A stretch of DNA of 64,000 nt from assembly GCA_963693365.1 (NCBI GenBank), contig CAVNZM010000014.1, positions 496,001-560,000 on the forward strand, read 5' to 3'. Positions 18,120 to 31,724 of this stretch are shown here, piece after piece (positions within the stretch are counted from its first letter, which is position 1; every line of letters starts with the position of its first letter). Under the pieces are notes generated by a model that worked only from the letters and a program-made list of their open reading frames with translations, did not search any database and was not told the DNA's origin. The translations under genes and the position numbers were made by a program. Origin of the DNA: Amoebidium appalachense. Its lineage: Eukaryota; Protista; Ichthyosporea.

Positions 18120-18783
18120 TGGTGCGGGGGGGGCTCATGGCATGGACCCCCCCTGGCGGCCCCCGCCTCGGCCAGCCCCTTGGGTGCAGGCACGACGGCC
18201 TGCACTCCACGGACACCAGGGGCATGAGGTAAGCACGAGCCTCTGAGTGAGTGATGTGAATGTACGTTTCATATGCGCAGCAGATGAAAGATGTTTCACG
18301 GATCACTTCGGGCGCAGGCAGCCGGGCGGCCCATGACGTCACGGGCCGCGGCGCCAGGCGCAGCCGCAGCGGCGGCTGACATCGGTCTGGCGCAGCGCCT
18401 GACGTCAGGCGCCACCAGCGCCGGTATTTCCGGCGCAGCACACTGCAGATGCAGGCCACCTTCGTTTTCGCCGTGTGCTGCACGTACGGTTTTTGTTAGC
18501 ACGATTGCGTTTTCGGTGGCTAGCACACGGCGGCTCCCACCCACCCACCTCTCAGTCTGTATACATGACGGTGTACGTATGCGACTGTGACTGGCTCACA
18601 GCCCGATTGCAGCGGCAATAAAGCATGTCGAGGCGGGGCCCAGCCCCGGCTGGTGCGGGGGGGGCTCATGGCATGGACCCCCCCTGGCGGCCCCCGCCTC
18701 GGCCAGCCCCTTGGGTGCAGGCACGACGGCCTGCACTCCACGGACACCAGGGGCATGAGGCAAGCACGAGTGAGTGATGTGAA
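18120..18783 (+). repeat. 3' terminal block B1-A2-spacer-B2
   Basis: B1 18120-18260, A2 18261-18536, unique spacer 18537-18650 containing AATAAA, B2 18651-18783. Confidence 0.92.
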
Positions 18784-19430
18784 ATTGAATAGATTGGGGA
18801 GGTCGATTTTGATTAGCTGAGTGTCAGCCACTGAATGGGTCCTTACAGATGATTGGCTTCTAGTTTTAGGTGTAGCCATACATAACTATTTTTCTCACGG
18901 TGTTATTCGGCGGGAATCAAAAGGTCGCGTAGTGCGTAACTTGCCCCCCAAACAGGCTTCTCCAGTGTCTGAGTTCTAGGTTCGTAGATATGTAGTACGT
19001 CTTGTCCATTTTTTTCCTTTGGCTCGAAATAGGTAACTGTAAATACTACATAGAAAACGCAAATTTTTTATATTCTTTAAGTGAGGACACCCCCCCCCCC
19101 CCCCCCCCTCTCCGATCCCCCTCCCCCTGCCCCCCAACCCCCTCACCCCCTCGAACTCCCCACCCCCCCGCTCTCCTTATAATCAGGTAACGGTTGTCGA
19201 TTTTGCTAAAGTTTCCAGTAGATTTTAGGGGTTTCTCCGAGACACCCATTGGCAGGTTGTGTGTGTGCCTGTGTGTCTCTTTGTTTGCGCATGCTTGTGC
19301 TTGTGAACGTATGTGTAGTTTGTGTGTGCGCGAGCATACGTAAATGAGAGTTGCGTGCGAACGTTAACATTTAGACAGTCTAGTGTGTTTCCACGCCATA
19401 GCACACGATGCTTAATCATTCCCCCATACA

Positions 19431-19988
19431 ATGAGAATGAAAAGGCTGGGCCGTGGTCGGTATGCACCGGCTGTGGGCTGCCCCCTCTGTCTTCTGCTGT
19501 TTGTGGGCTGCATTGTGGCTGCAATGGTTGCGGCATGGACACACCTGTTGACCTTACCAAAGGTGTTTGGTAATGGCAGGATAAAGGTCCTGAGCAATAC
19601 ACTCGAGCTCACGCAAAGGTGAGAATTTCCCAGTTCATCGTTGCCCGTTATCTAATTTAGAGATTCACAAGCATATGCATGCTATACTACACGAGACCAT
19701 GCATACATACCGGACAACAGACAGCTCAGGTGTGCGTCATGGTGCATAGACAGGCACACATGTATGCGTGCGGGTACAAGTGTGCTGCCCATGCTCCATG
19801 TTCCCACCCGCGCAGCACACCCGATTATGCATGCATGCACTGGCACCAATCGGCACCAATTAGTGCGCACACTCTGGCACCCCAGGCAGGTGTACATGTG
19901 CGCGGCAACACACACAGGCATGCATGCAGGTGTGCAGGGGGTTTTGTTCTTGGGACGAATATTGCACAGAACACATGCAATGCACACA

Positions 19989-20064
<76 letters not shown>

Positions 20065-20068
20065 CCCA

Positions 20069-20112
<44 letters not shown>

Positions 20113-20298
20113 CCCACGCACGCACGCACCCACGCACGCACGCGCACATGTGTGCGCGCGTACGCACGCACGCACGCACGAACGCACCCACGCACCCACG
20201 CACACAAGCACACACGCACCCACGCACCCACACACCCACGCACTCACTCAAGCACGCAAGCACGCACACACCCACGCATCTACCCACGCACGCACACA

Positions 20299-20366
<68 letters not shown>

Positions 20367-20541
20367 CACACACACGCACCCACGCACCCACGCACCCACC
20401 CACCCACCCACGCACCCACGCACACAAGCACACACGCACCCACGCACCCACGCACCCACGCACTCTGTCAAGCACGCAAGCACACACCCACCCACGCATC
20501 GACCCACGCACGCATGCATGCACACACGCACCACGCACACA

Positions 20542-20581
<40 letters not shown>

Positions 20582-20883
20582 CACACGCACCCATCCATGC
20601 ACGCACGCACGCACGCACGCACCCATGCACGCACGCACCCACGCACGCACCCACGCACGCACCCACGCACGCACGCACTCACTCAAGCACGCACGAACGC
20701 ACACACCCACGCCACGACGCACGAACGCACGCATGCACGCAAGAACATACGCACGCACGCACGCACGCACGCCGCACGCACACACGCACGCACGCACACC
20801 CTTGCACGAACATCCACGCAAGAAAGCACGAACGCACGCGACCACACCCCCACGCACTCGCACACACACGCACGCACACAGCG

Positions 20884-20948
<65 letters not shown>

Positions 20949-21688
20949 CACGCGCGTGCACAAACACTCAAGCTCGCACGCACGCATGCATGCGCATACA
21001 CACACGCACACATGCACGCTTGCACACATGCACGCTTGCACGCACGTATTGCACCACCCACAGACGCACCCGCACACATACAGGCACCCACGAAAGCACG
21101 TGTTAACGTGTGTAAACATGCCAGCATACACCAAGAACAATACCATAAACTTACACCACCACAACACACACAGGTTAGATAACGCCGTTCAAAGCCCACA
21201 GCAAAACACCAGCCAACCGACAGTACAACCAACCACACCGGACACGCCTGCCACCACCAATGAAACACAGACTTTAAAACCAAATGTCACAGTGGTATTT
21301 CTCGGCTTTTATCCGTCTAGGCTACCCAACATTCAAAAACTAGCCAATCACTACGCATCACACCCATCGGTGTCCAAAGTTATCCTCATATGGAACGGGG
21401 ATAAGAATCAAATACCAACGCTTGCACCATTAAACCCAAATACCACAAACGCGCCAATCATAACCATTCCCGACATGCCACGAAACTCTCTGACCAATCG
21501 TTTTCACCCATCGCTTCCCGTAGACACTGACGCCATTTTCATTGGTGATGACGACATGATGATATCCCACCAATCATTGAGCTGCCTTTTATCGCGGTGG
21601 GCGGATGATCCAGATGTGCTGGTGAGTGCCAGGGCTCGGCTCTATTCGTTCGAAAAGCAAATCTACAACACACCAGAAAGGATGGGTG
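19431..21688 (+). CDS. Type II membrane glycosyltransferase family 64 (EXTL2-like), first two exons; 3' exons not identified
   Basis: Exon 19431-19618 has a hydrophobic anchor (CLLLFVGCIVAAMVAAW) and joins in phase to exon 21174-21688: S/T/P-rich stem, KVILIWN, NSLTNRFHP, TDAIFIGDDD (DxD motif). Ends at a GTAAGT donor. Confidence 0.75.
19981..21060. repeat. (GCAC)n/(CA)n compound microsatellite in the GT64 intron (similar array at 22060-22270)
   Basis: Direct inspection. Confidence 0.9.
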
Positions 21689-22085
21689 GTAAGTGACTCT
21701 CCGGCAAACCCTAAATTGAAGAACTAAACCTTTCTTCCTCACCTCGTGTACGACACGAGCACCAGTTGCTCACAGCATTACTATTTTCCAACCAGTAAGG
21801 CGGTGGGGAAGGGGGGGGGGGGGGGGGGAAGAGGCTCATAAAACTGTTAACAGAGGGATAATCAATCAAACTGAATCAGTTTTAGGCTAGAGAGTACTCG
21901 ATTATGATATGAAATTGGTTTCTTCAGATGGATGGCGGTCCAGCTACTGATATTTTCTTTTGGTTACAGAGTGCACGAGGAAACCCCCCCATATCCATTC
22001 ATCCTCACACTACCATTCCCCATCCCTTCCCCCCCTGCCCGTCCCGCTTATAAACACAAACGCACGCACGCACGCACGCACGCAA

Positions 22086-22177
<92 letters not shown>

Positions 22178-22853
22178 CCTGCCCACCCACCCACGTACGC
22201 ACACACGCACACACGCACGCACACACACACACAGACACACACATACATGCACGCACACACGCATGCACGCACAGAGAGAGACACATGCACACTGCAAGCG
22301 TGTGTTTGGTTTTGCATGTCATCATCTGTTCTGTATATTGTTTTGGGATGTGTTGCTCTGAACTTACAACCTCGACACCGTTTGCATTCCACCATTTCTC
22401 CGATAACATTATCTGCTTCTGCTTCTTCTACAATCTCGTGACAGATACTATTTTTCCCCTACTTCCCTTCAATCAAACATTCCTGCTGTGAATTTTTCTA
22501 GCTTATGCCTCCCCTTTCCTCCTCCCCCCCCCCCGTCCTCCCCGCCCCCCCTCCCCCCCCCCCTCTCCGCCCCCTCCCTTCCCCCTACCTCCCTCCCCTT
22601 ACCCCTATGATTGGCCAAACCGATGGCTATTTGCTGTGTATGGTGTCGTTTCACACCTATTCCTTGGGCCTTACATGCTCCCATCTCTCGGCAGCAAACA
22701 TCAGAATTCTGGTTTAGGATGTACACATTTTCCAGGGAACATAACCCCATCCTCCCCTCCTCCCCCCTCCCTCTTCAAACCTTTAACCTTCACCACCCAT
22801 TTACTCCATTACTCAATAGGAATCACACTGACCACTATTGCAATCAGACCATC

Positions 22854-22918
<65 letters not shown>

Positions 22919-24017
22919 TGCATTATACTACACATGTGCACATACACAAGCACACACACACGCGCGTACCGTTGAACCAGGTTTGTGTGGCAGCAGCAGC
23001 TGTTGAATGACGGTCACGTATACCGCACATATATAATCCTAAGGCTCATCATTCCCCCCCCCCCCCCCCCCCTCCCCCTCCCCTCCCCCCCTTCTCTTCA
23101 TAAAGGCTTGATCAAAATGTAAAAAGCAAAGCACCCTGGCCTCTCCCTTATCCATCTCCCCCCCCCCCCTCCCCCCTCTCTCCCTCCCTCCCCAGTTAGG
23201 AACCTCCCACTCCTCCCCACCCTCAGAGTCCCCCAATCAAAAGGGTTCACTACCCCCCCCCCCCCCCCCCCTCCCCTCCTCCCCCCCATCCCTCCTGGGT
23301 AACTTTATCGGTGTTCATTGCACGTGCCTCATCAGTCCACGCACTGCCTGCCATCTTCTGGTTAGGCCATCTTCTTTGAACGTTCGACCCACGAAGCACA
23401 TAAGCGCAGAAAAAGGATCGATATTTGCCCCAAGACTCCCCCCCCCCCGGCCCCTCTTCCCACCTCCCCCCTGTTTCGGCGCCTCTCACACACATCGTCC
23501 ACCCCCAAGTGTCCGTGCATTTACTTCTTACACCTGTGTTTGCACTATGTTTGTGGGGGTGTATAACAGCTGTTCTATGGCAGAAGGGGGGGGGGGGGGG
23601 GGGGGGAAGGGGGGAAGGGGGGGAAGGGGGGGAGGGGAAGCTAAATGAAGGTTGCATAATGGCATTTCCTTAAATGGGGCATTTATTGCATTAACGGTGG
23701 CCAGTTAAAGTTGTTAGGTTAGTCTCATTGCAGTATATTGTCCCACACATTCAAAAAATGGGTCATATCGTTATATCTTACATACATTTATGTACAAGGA
23801 AACCCCATTCAAAAACGGTTACTCAGCCGTTTACTTGCAGATACCAATACAAAAAGCCTTCAAAAGTCTGGTTTAGTTTGTTTGCATTTACATATATTAC
23901 ACGTGATAGGGCACATAGTTCATTCAGTGTGTGAATAAAGGGACAAAGTTTGGCATGGTGCCCATCACATGACTGTACCATGTGAGGGCAGCAGATGCTG
24001 ATGATGGGAGAGCAGAT

Positions 24018-25477
24018 TCAGCCCCACAGCAGCAGCATGCTGCATGCAAGGGCAACCAGCAGCCTAACAGAGGGCACGGTGATGGTGGCTGTGCTTGGTT
24101 GTGCCTTCCCAGTGAACACCGAGGTCACACTGCCGACAAGATATGTGTTTGCTGCGCTTTGGGGGGTGTTTCCAGCAACCACATACGCATAGACGGTCAT
24201 GTTTCCATCTAGCCCAGTTGCATTGCGTGTGAACCCGTTAGCCTCGCTTGCGTTTACGGGGGTGGAGGAAAGAAGGACGGGCTTGGGGCCCGTGCCAGCG
24301 ATCATTCCGCAAAAGTTGGTGGCTGGGATCTGACCAGCGGGTAGGCCCTGAGAGGCATTGTTGTTGCGAGCATACAGCTGCACCACACACGAACCGCTGT
24401 TCTGTGCACAAAACGACTGGAGGGGAGAAAACGAAAACGTAGCAGTGTCTTCGCTTGCACCAAGAGATTTCTGAGTGCTTGTAGGAATAGTGAATGTTGG
24501 GTACTGCGTCAGGGTGGCATCGAGGGGTGTGTAGGAGGGAGCGTTAGTAGGGCCAGCACTGCGGGTGAAGTAGGCAACGATGCTGACAGTGGCACCTGGG
24601 CCCGAAGTGCTGATGACAATCTGCGTGAGAACCGGGGAAGATTAGTCTGGACATGCATGACTTCTGAAACAGCGCGTGTCCAAATAGTAAAAGGAAAAGG
24701 GAGAAAAGGCTAAAAGGACCTTTACGACTGCATTTGGTCAACTACACACTCTCTTGATCTATCCCAACTTCCAGTGCCCCAAGCAACTCAGTGCAGGAGC
24801 GAACTTCTGAATAGATGGGGCCGACTCATGGCAACATAACAATTTCATAATAAAACACAAAAACGCAAGACTTTTCCTACAGATTAGAGAAGTATCAACG
24901 GCCACGCAGCATAAGCTCTGCGTAAAGGACAGGTGAACTGAAATACACGTACCGTTTCGTTGAGGCTGGGGTTGGACAAGAAAAGAGGCAGAGACTCGTT
25001 CTTCTCGTTATTAGGCACGTATTGGCTTGTCGTGATCCCGCCCGCACCACGGTAGGCGCACTGGGTTTTGGTGTCCACGCCAAGCCCAAAAGCCAAACAG
25101 CCAGCGTCGAAGTTGAAGGTACTGATCGTGCTTGATTGACTCTCTGTAATCCATGTCAAGGAAACCTTGTCGTTGTGGCCACCTCCCATACTGCAAGGAA
25201 TCATGCTCACCCCGGCACCAGACACAGGAGACACCCCACCAGCTATGTCATACGTTGTGTTGAGCTGTAGAACTACACTGCTGTTTGCAGGAATATCCAA
25301 GTAGAGCGTTTTCCCATCGTTTAGCACAAGACTGGTGTCGACTGAAAAGTTTGCTTGCCGGGCGTTGGTAAACTCTCCTGCTCTTCTGAAAACTGCGTGG
25401 GATCTGGAGTAGATGGGTTCCGCCCCGCACAGGAGTGCGAGTGCAGCAATAAGGAGTGCTTTGCCAAGGATAGTCAT
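24018..25477 (-). CDS. Secreted, possibly GPI-anchored protein of unknown family, 2 exons, 375 aa (copy 1, intact)
   Basis: Exon 1 25477-24953 (GTACGT donor) and exon 2 24620-24018 (CTAAT branch-like motif, CAG acceptor) join in frame. Signal peptide MTILGKALLIAALALLCGA; S/T-rich region followed by hydrophobic tail LLVALACSMLLLWG. The paralog conserves the same splice sites. Confidence 0.75.
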
Positions 25478-26276
25478 GGTGTGGATACGGTGTATGAAAG
25501 AGATAAAAGGGAGGGAAAGTACAACTAAGTCTATCTTTTCCCCTCGCTCTCTCTGTATGCATATGGTGAAAAGGTTTAAAAGGATACAGTTCGTTTTACT
25601 TCAAGCACTAGAAGCGCCAAGCAGCAATTTATATATCGAAGGGAAAGCTGGCCGACCAATCGTTGCATTCGGGGAAATATCTCAGAGATGGCGAGCCGGG
25701 TCAGATCCGCGTCAAGAACGAGCCAGAGCGAGCCTTGTTTGACTGCCTTGTCGAACGCCGGGCTAATTTTTTCGCCTTCGATTAAACATTCCCATTACTA
25801 CAGTGGGGGGATACACATATTACACATAAAAATTAAATATATATATATATATTTATAAATTCAACATATTAGTAGGAGTATGCAGGCGCTAGCTATATAT
25901 CATACAATTTGCGAAAGGTACGTTTTGCAGTAAGTGCAGTTCTAACTCGTGAGGTACAAACATGACTCGAATCGAGCAGAGTGAATCGTTAAGGTTACGT
26001 AATCTGCATTCCCAACAGAACAGCCTCGAACGGACCAGCCAATCCGATGAATTTACAATTTACCAAATTTGAGTCGGACCTGAAGCTCGGGCCCAGCCCC
26101 CTCGGAAGCTGCCTCCGCCGATGATCCGCGCTCCAAGCCCAGACGTGGACATTGGGTCCTCTCACGGTTTGAGTGGCGTATGATGATAGTGGAACATCAT
26201 GTGACTACTTTAAGGCTTGAGAAACGGGACTGAAGGGTGACCATCACACCCTCGCTTCCACCCATACATTCGCAGC

Positions 26277-26329
<53 letters not shown>

Positions 26330-26372
26330 CCCCCCCCCTCCTCCTCCCCTCCCCTCCCGGCCCTGTCTATGT

Positions 26373-26940
<568 letters not shown>

Positions 26941-27216
26941 TCTCTGTACCTCAGGAGCTTTGTATCAAATCCCAATTCAACCAGCAGCCCAGGGTGAGTA
27001 TGTCGCCGTCCACAGTCCTAGGTGCACCATGAGACAAACAAAGATTCGCCCGTCGGGGGTCTTTATGTCACTATATATATTGCTTAAAACACTACATTAG
27101 CAAAAGCGCTATATATCTATGTTCATTATTGGCAATTCCTGACTGTGCCCAGCTCTTGCCGATGTACGATTGGCAACCTTTTATCTTTGGAAAATACATG
27201 AGTTACAATGGCATAC

Positions 27217-27220
<4 letters not shown>

Positions 27221-27259
<39 letters not shown>

Positions 27260-27265
27260 ATATCA

Positions 27266-27315
<50 letters not shown>

Positions 27316-27347
27316 TCATCATGATATATATATATCATGATATATAT
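27221..27347. repeat. (TA)n tract interrupted by palindromic TATCATGATA units
   Basis: Direct inspection. Confidence 0.85.
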
Positions 27348-27454
27348 GTCTCAAAACGGGTCGCTGCTCGGGGGTCAAGCACGGTGTGACACGACGTGCG
27401 CATGCCCCCCTCCCTCCTCCCCCCCCCCCCCCCCCCCTTCCCCCGGCCCACTCA

Positions 27455-27509
<55 letters not shown>

Positions 27510-27521
27510 ACACACACACCG

Positions 27522-27574
<53 letters not shown>

Positions 27575-27930
27575 ATGCCACGCGCGCGCGCACACACACA
27601 CACACGCGCGCGCGCACACACGGGGGGGGGGGGGGGGGGGGGGGGGAGGGGGGGAGGGGGTTCTTTTCGGTGTTTAGAGGAGGGGGATCCTTCTGAGGTG
27701 AAAACGTTATTACAGCCGATATGTTTTTTGACGTCATTGTTGGTTGTTTACAATATATATTGTCGTGCCATGGGTAGAGCCTTTTGACCTAGGTTTGTGA
27801 ATCCTCCCCCCTCCCCCCTCCCCCTTCTCCCCCCTTCATACACACCACACACACCGTCCGGCATGCACGCACTCAAAGTTTAACACAGAATCACACGCAC
27901 GGTACACCTGTACACATCATCACACCGTGA

Positions 27931-27995
<65 letters not shown>

Positions 27996-28619
27996 GCGCG
28001 CGCGCACACACGCGCGTGTGTGCGTGCTAACACATACTCATCGCATACACATGTGAATTTAAACAAGCACGACGTACATTATACCCAAATTTGAAAATAA
28101 AAATATAATCAACAAATTACTAAGGGGCAACTGCCATATATATATGGTAGTTCCGCAATACGTGTGAGAAGAAAAAAGACCGGGAAAAAGCACTTTACGG
28201 ATACTTATTTCTTGCAGGTCCGACATAGTATACGGCACGACCAATTCAGTTCGACGTGACTGCAATTTTTTTCTCCAATTGTTTTTTTTTATCCAACCCC
28301 AACAATATTATGCGATAGCTCTTGCTGAGATACGTCAATAACTAATGTAAGAAAGGCCTCAAATTTATTAGCGGGTATTCGAGAAATATGCTTGCAAAAG
28401 AAATTGCATCACAGCCCCCTCAAAGATCCAAAAATTTCTCGATGAGAAAAAACTCTGCAACTCAAGAAAGGTTTGAGGCATCAGTTTGTAATCCTTGGTG
28501 AGACGCATCAATAATTATGCATACTTAACCTCAATTGGATATATCCTTTGCGGAAGTTATTGAATCCCGCCTATAACATCCATTTTTCCAGATGGATGGG
28601 TCAATCTAGAAATCATGAT

Positions 28620-31001
28620 TCACATTTCACAGTATTTGACTTTCACGTGTGAGGGCAGCAGATGGAAGAGGATGGCTAATAGGAGCCCCCGGCACAACAA
28701 CAACATGCTGCATGCAAGGGCAGCCAGCAGCCTAGCTGATGGCACGGTGGTGGTGGCTGTGCTCGGCTGTGCAGGCACGGTCGCCGTCACGGTGGTCGTT
28801 ATGCTCGTCTGCTGTGCCTTCGCAGTGAACACCGAGGTCAGATTGCCAATAAAATATGTGTTTGCAGCGCCATGGGGGGTGTTTCCAGCAACCAAAAAGG
28901 CATAGACAGTCATGTTTCCATCTAGCCCGCTTGCTTTGCGTCTGAAGCCGTTAACCTGGCTTGCGTTTACGGGGGTGGAGGAACGGGTTTGGGGCCCGTG
29001 CCAGCCATCATTCCGCAGAAGTTGTCGAGGGGGATCTGACCAGCGGGTAGGCCCTGGGAGACATTGTTGTTGCGTCCATAGAGCTGCACCACACACGAAC
29101 CGTTGTTCTGTACGCAAAACGGATGAACGGGAGAAAACGAAACCGCAGCAGTGTCATCGGTTGCATCAAAAGATGTGAGCATGATAAAAGGGCGAGTGAA
29201 TGTTGGGTACTGCGTAAGGGTGGCATCGAGGGGTGTGTAGGAGGGAGCGTTAGTAGGGCCAGCACTGCGTGTGAAGTAGGCAACGATGCTGACAGTGGCA
29301 CCTGTGCCCGAAGTGCTGATGACAATCTGCAAGGGAGATGCGGAGATTAGTTTATAAGTACACACGTGTTGCTTCTAAAATAGCGCGTGTTTGCTCTGAA
29401 AAGCAAAAGACCATGGGTGAAAAGGCCTCGACATCAGCACTTGGTCAGCTTAATAGATTTCCTGCCCCCAAGCGACTGTAAAGCATGAGCAAACGTTTAG
29501 GTACATGCAGCTGTTGGAGTACACTGGTACTCCCGGCTAGCAATGTCTGTTAGAGAAAGTTTCTGAGCAATTGAATAATTGTTTCAACACTCACTCGAGT
29601 GCATAGAGCTTTTGTTTACGGTCATATTCATATATGGTAGTTATATGTTTGAGCCAAAACTGTACCAATGACGAGCTTCACTAGCAACGTGCTAATTGTG
29701 CTCATTAATTAATATTCCCGGTTCAGATGATGTCATGTCTATATTTGCCACAGGATTCTATTCTTAGAGTGGTAGTGTGCTTTATTCCCGGATATTCTCA
29801 GAATATTTTTAGTTGTGTGAAGTAAGATTTACGTTTAACTGCAATTGGTGTGTTAAACACGTTTATTTGTGTGCTTTAGTGCAAGTTAACTAGCCACTCA
29901 ACGTGCACAGTTAACTTTTATATCTTTACCGACTTGTTTTCATTGTGCTCTCTTTTCGGCCATGCTGTACATGGCCCACCACCAGGGTGCACACGAGGCC
30001 ACCATGAGGTGGCCAACGACTATATAAAGCAGTGCCTCCCATGTCACAAACATGGGAAGCAGAACGTTTGATTTACACTTTTCTACTGTCGTTTTCAGTG
30101 CACAAAACACATAGACTAGTTACCCATCATACACGACACTATGTCTGACAACTTACAGTTGCAGCAACTAGTCCAACTACTGGAGCAGAGGTTGGCCTCA
30201 CAAGATGCAATCATTTCTGACTTACAGAAGGAACAACGTGCACTAGAACTAGCTTCTATGAACACAATGTCCAACAGCAGCCTGATGCCTCAAGTTGTCA
30301 ATGACTCAACATATCATATTGACATTTCAAAGTATACTTTTATAGCATAAAAACAAGATTCTTCCGACACCTTACAAAGTTTTCAACCTTAAAGCAGTAT
30401 AAGCTCTGCGTAAAACACATGCGAACTGAAGTACACGTACCGTTTCTTTGGGGCTGGGGTTGGACAAGAAAAGAGGCAGAGGCTCGTTCTTCTCGTTTTG
30501 AGGCATGTATTTGCGCCGGCGCGCTTGTCATGATCCCGCCTAGGCCCGCACCACGGTAGGCACATTGGGTCTTGGTGTCCACGCCAAGCCCATAACCCAA
30601 ACAGCCTGCGTATCCCTTTTCATAGTTATAGACACTGACCCTATACAGCAAGCTCGATCGGCCCTCTGTAATCCATGCCAAGGAAACCGTGTCGTCGTGG
30701 CCACCTCCCATCGAGCAAGGAATCATACTCACACCTGCACCAGACACAGGATACACCCCACCAGAAATGTCATACGTGGTGTTGAGCTGTAGAACTACGC
30801 TGCTGTTTGCAGGAATATCCAAGTAGAGCGTTTTTCCATTGTTTAGCACAAGACTGGTGTCGACTGAAAAGTTTGCTTGCCGGGCGTTGGCAAACGCGGC
30901 CCTTCTGAAAACTGCGTGGGATCCGGGTTTGATGGCTTCCGCACCGCACAGGAGTGCGAGTGCAGTAGTAAGGAGTGGATTGCATTGCCAAGGATAGTCA
31001 T
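28620..31001 (-). pseudogene. Frameshifted tandem paralog (copy 2) of the 24018-25477 gene
   Basis: Same start (MTILG) and same splice sites (exon 1 31001-30441, exon 2 from 29326). Relative to copy 1: 5-nt insertion near 30980, 1-nt insertion near 30511, 7-nt deletion near 28983. Confidence 0.8.
29512..30340 (+). mobile_element. AT-rich insertion in the paralog intron carrying a truncated coiled-coil, gag-like ORF start
   Basis: This intron is ~1.1 kb versus 332 bp in copy 1 and both ends still align. The insert starts near TGTTGG, has TATATAAA at 30021, and ORF 30141-30350 (MSDNLQLQQLVQLLEQRLASQDAIISDLQKEQ) runs off the right junction. Boundaries approximate. Confidence 0.45.
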
Positions 31002-31570
31002 GGTGAACGAACTATGGAGGGGAAACACAGCCAAAACTATCTTCTTTTCTCGCTGGCGAGGCTGGTCTCTCTCTGCCTCCAGTAAACAGCGTAAACCCCT
31101 CTACTGCGGAAAAGAATTATTCTGGAGCTACATACCCACTCAGTGGGAGATCTGAAGCGATGGGATTGGCAAACAACAAAACAAGTCAATTTAGCCATTT
31201 AAGTGATTGGCAGCGAAAAAATTAATGGCAGTGTATTCGTTATAAATCATGCCGAGCTGGGTCACGATCGAGTTGGTGATTGATTTGAAAGCTTCGGGCT
31301 GTTTTCGTCGCCTTTGATGATTATATCTTCCCATTGCTGAATAAAACGAAATAAAGGAAATATAAAGAATTCCAGGAGTATGCTAATAATATCCATCTTA
31401 CCTTTGGCGATAGGTAACCGCCTGTTATAGCTCAGGATGACCCGAATCGAGTAGAGATGATATCGTCCATGTCAAGGTTACGTAATCCGTAGTCTCCAAG
31501 CCACTGGCTTACGTAAGTGGCTGAGCACTACCACGCCGCGGGACGTCTCCAGCCGGGTCTATGAAATTGT

Positions 31571-31724
31571 GATGGGCAATCAGAACGCTTTATTAAACTT
31601 TATTTTCCTGATGAGCAATAGGAACGCTTCCGTACTTTTGATGGGCAATAGGAACGCTTCCGTACTTTTGATGAGCAATAGGAATGCTTCCGTAATTTTG
31701 ATGTTGGGCAATAAGAACGCTTTT
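31571..31724. repeat. 30-bp tandem repeat (GATGRGCAATAGGAACGCTTCCGTACTTTT), 3 near-complete and 2 partial units
   Basis: Units start at 31571, 31610, 31640, 31670 and 31700. Confidence 0.85.

Larger units (their letters stand above)
13063..18783 (+). mobile_element. Ngaro-like (order DIRS) tyrosine-recombinase retrotransposon with split direct repeats A1-[gag, RT/RNaseH, YR]-B1-A2-B2
   Basis: A1 13063-13338 matches A2 18261-18536 (276 bp, 2 mismatches seen). B1 18120-18260 matches B2 18651-18783 (one substitution, 8-nt indel). Gag, RT, RNase H and YR motifs lie inside. No methyltransferase domain was recognised. Confidence 0.93.

Noticed and set aside
24884-25477. 197-aa single-exon gene as given in the ORF track
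   Set aside because: A GTACGT donor and an acceptor conserved in both paralogs join it in frame to the 24620-24018 exon.
31571-31724. CRISPR-like array
   Set aside because: Head-to-tail units without unique spacers, no cas genes, eukaryotic context.
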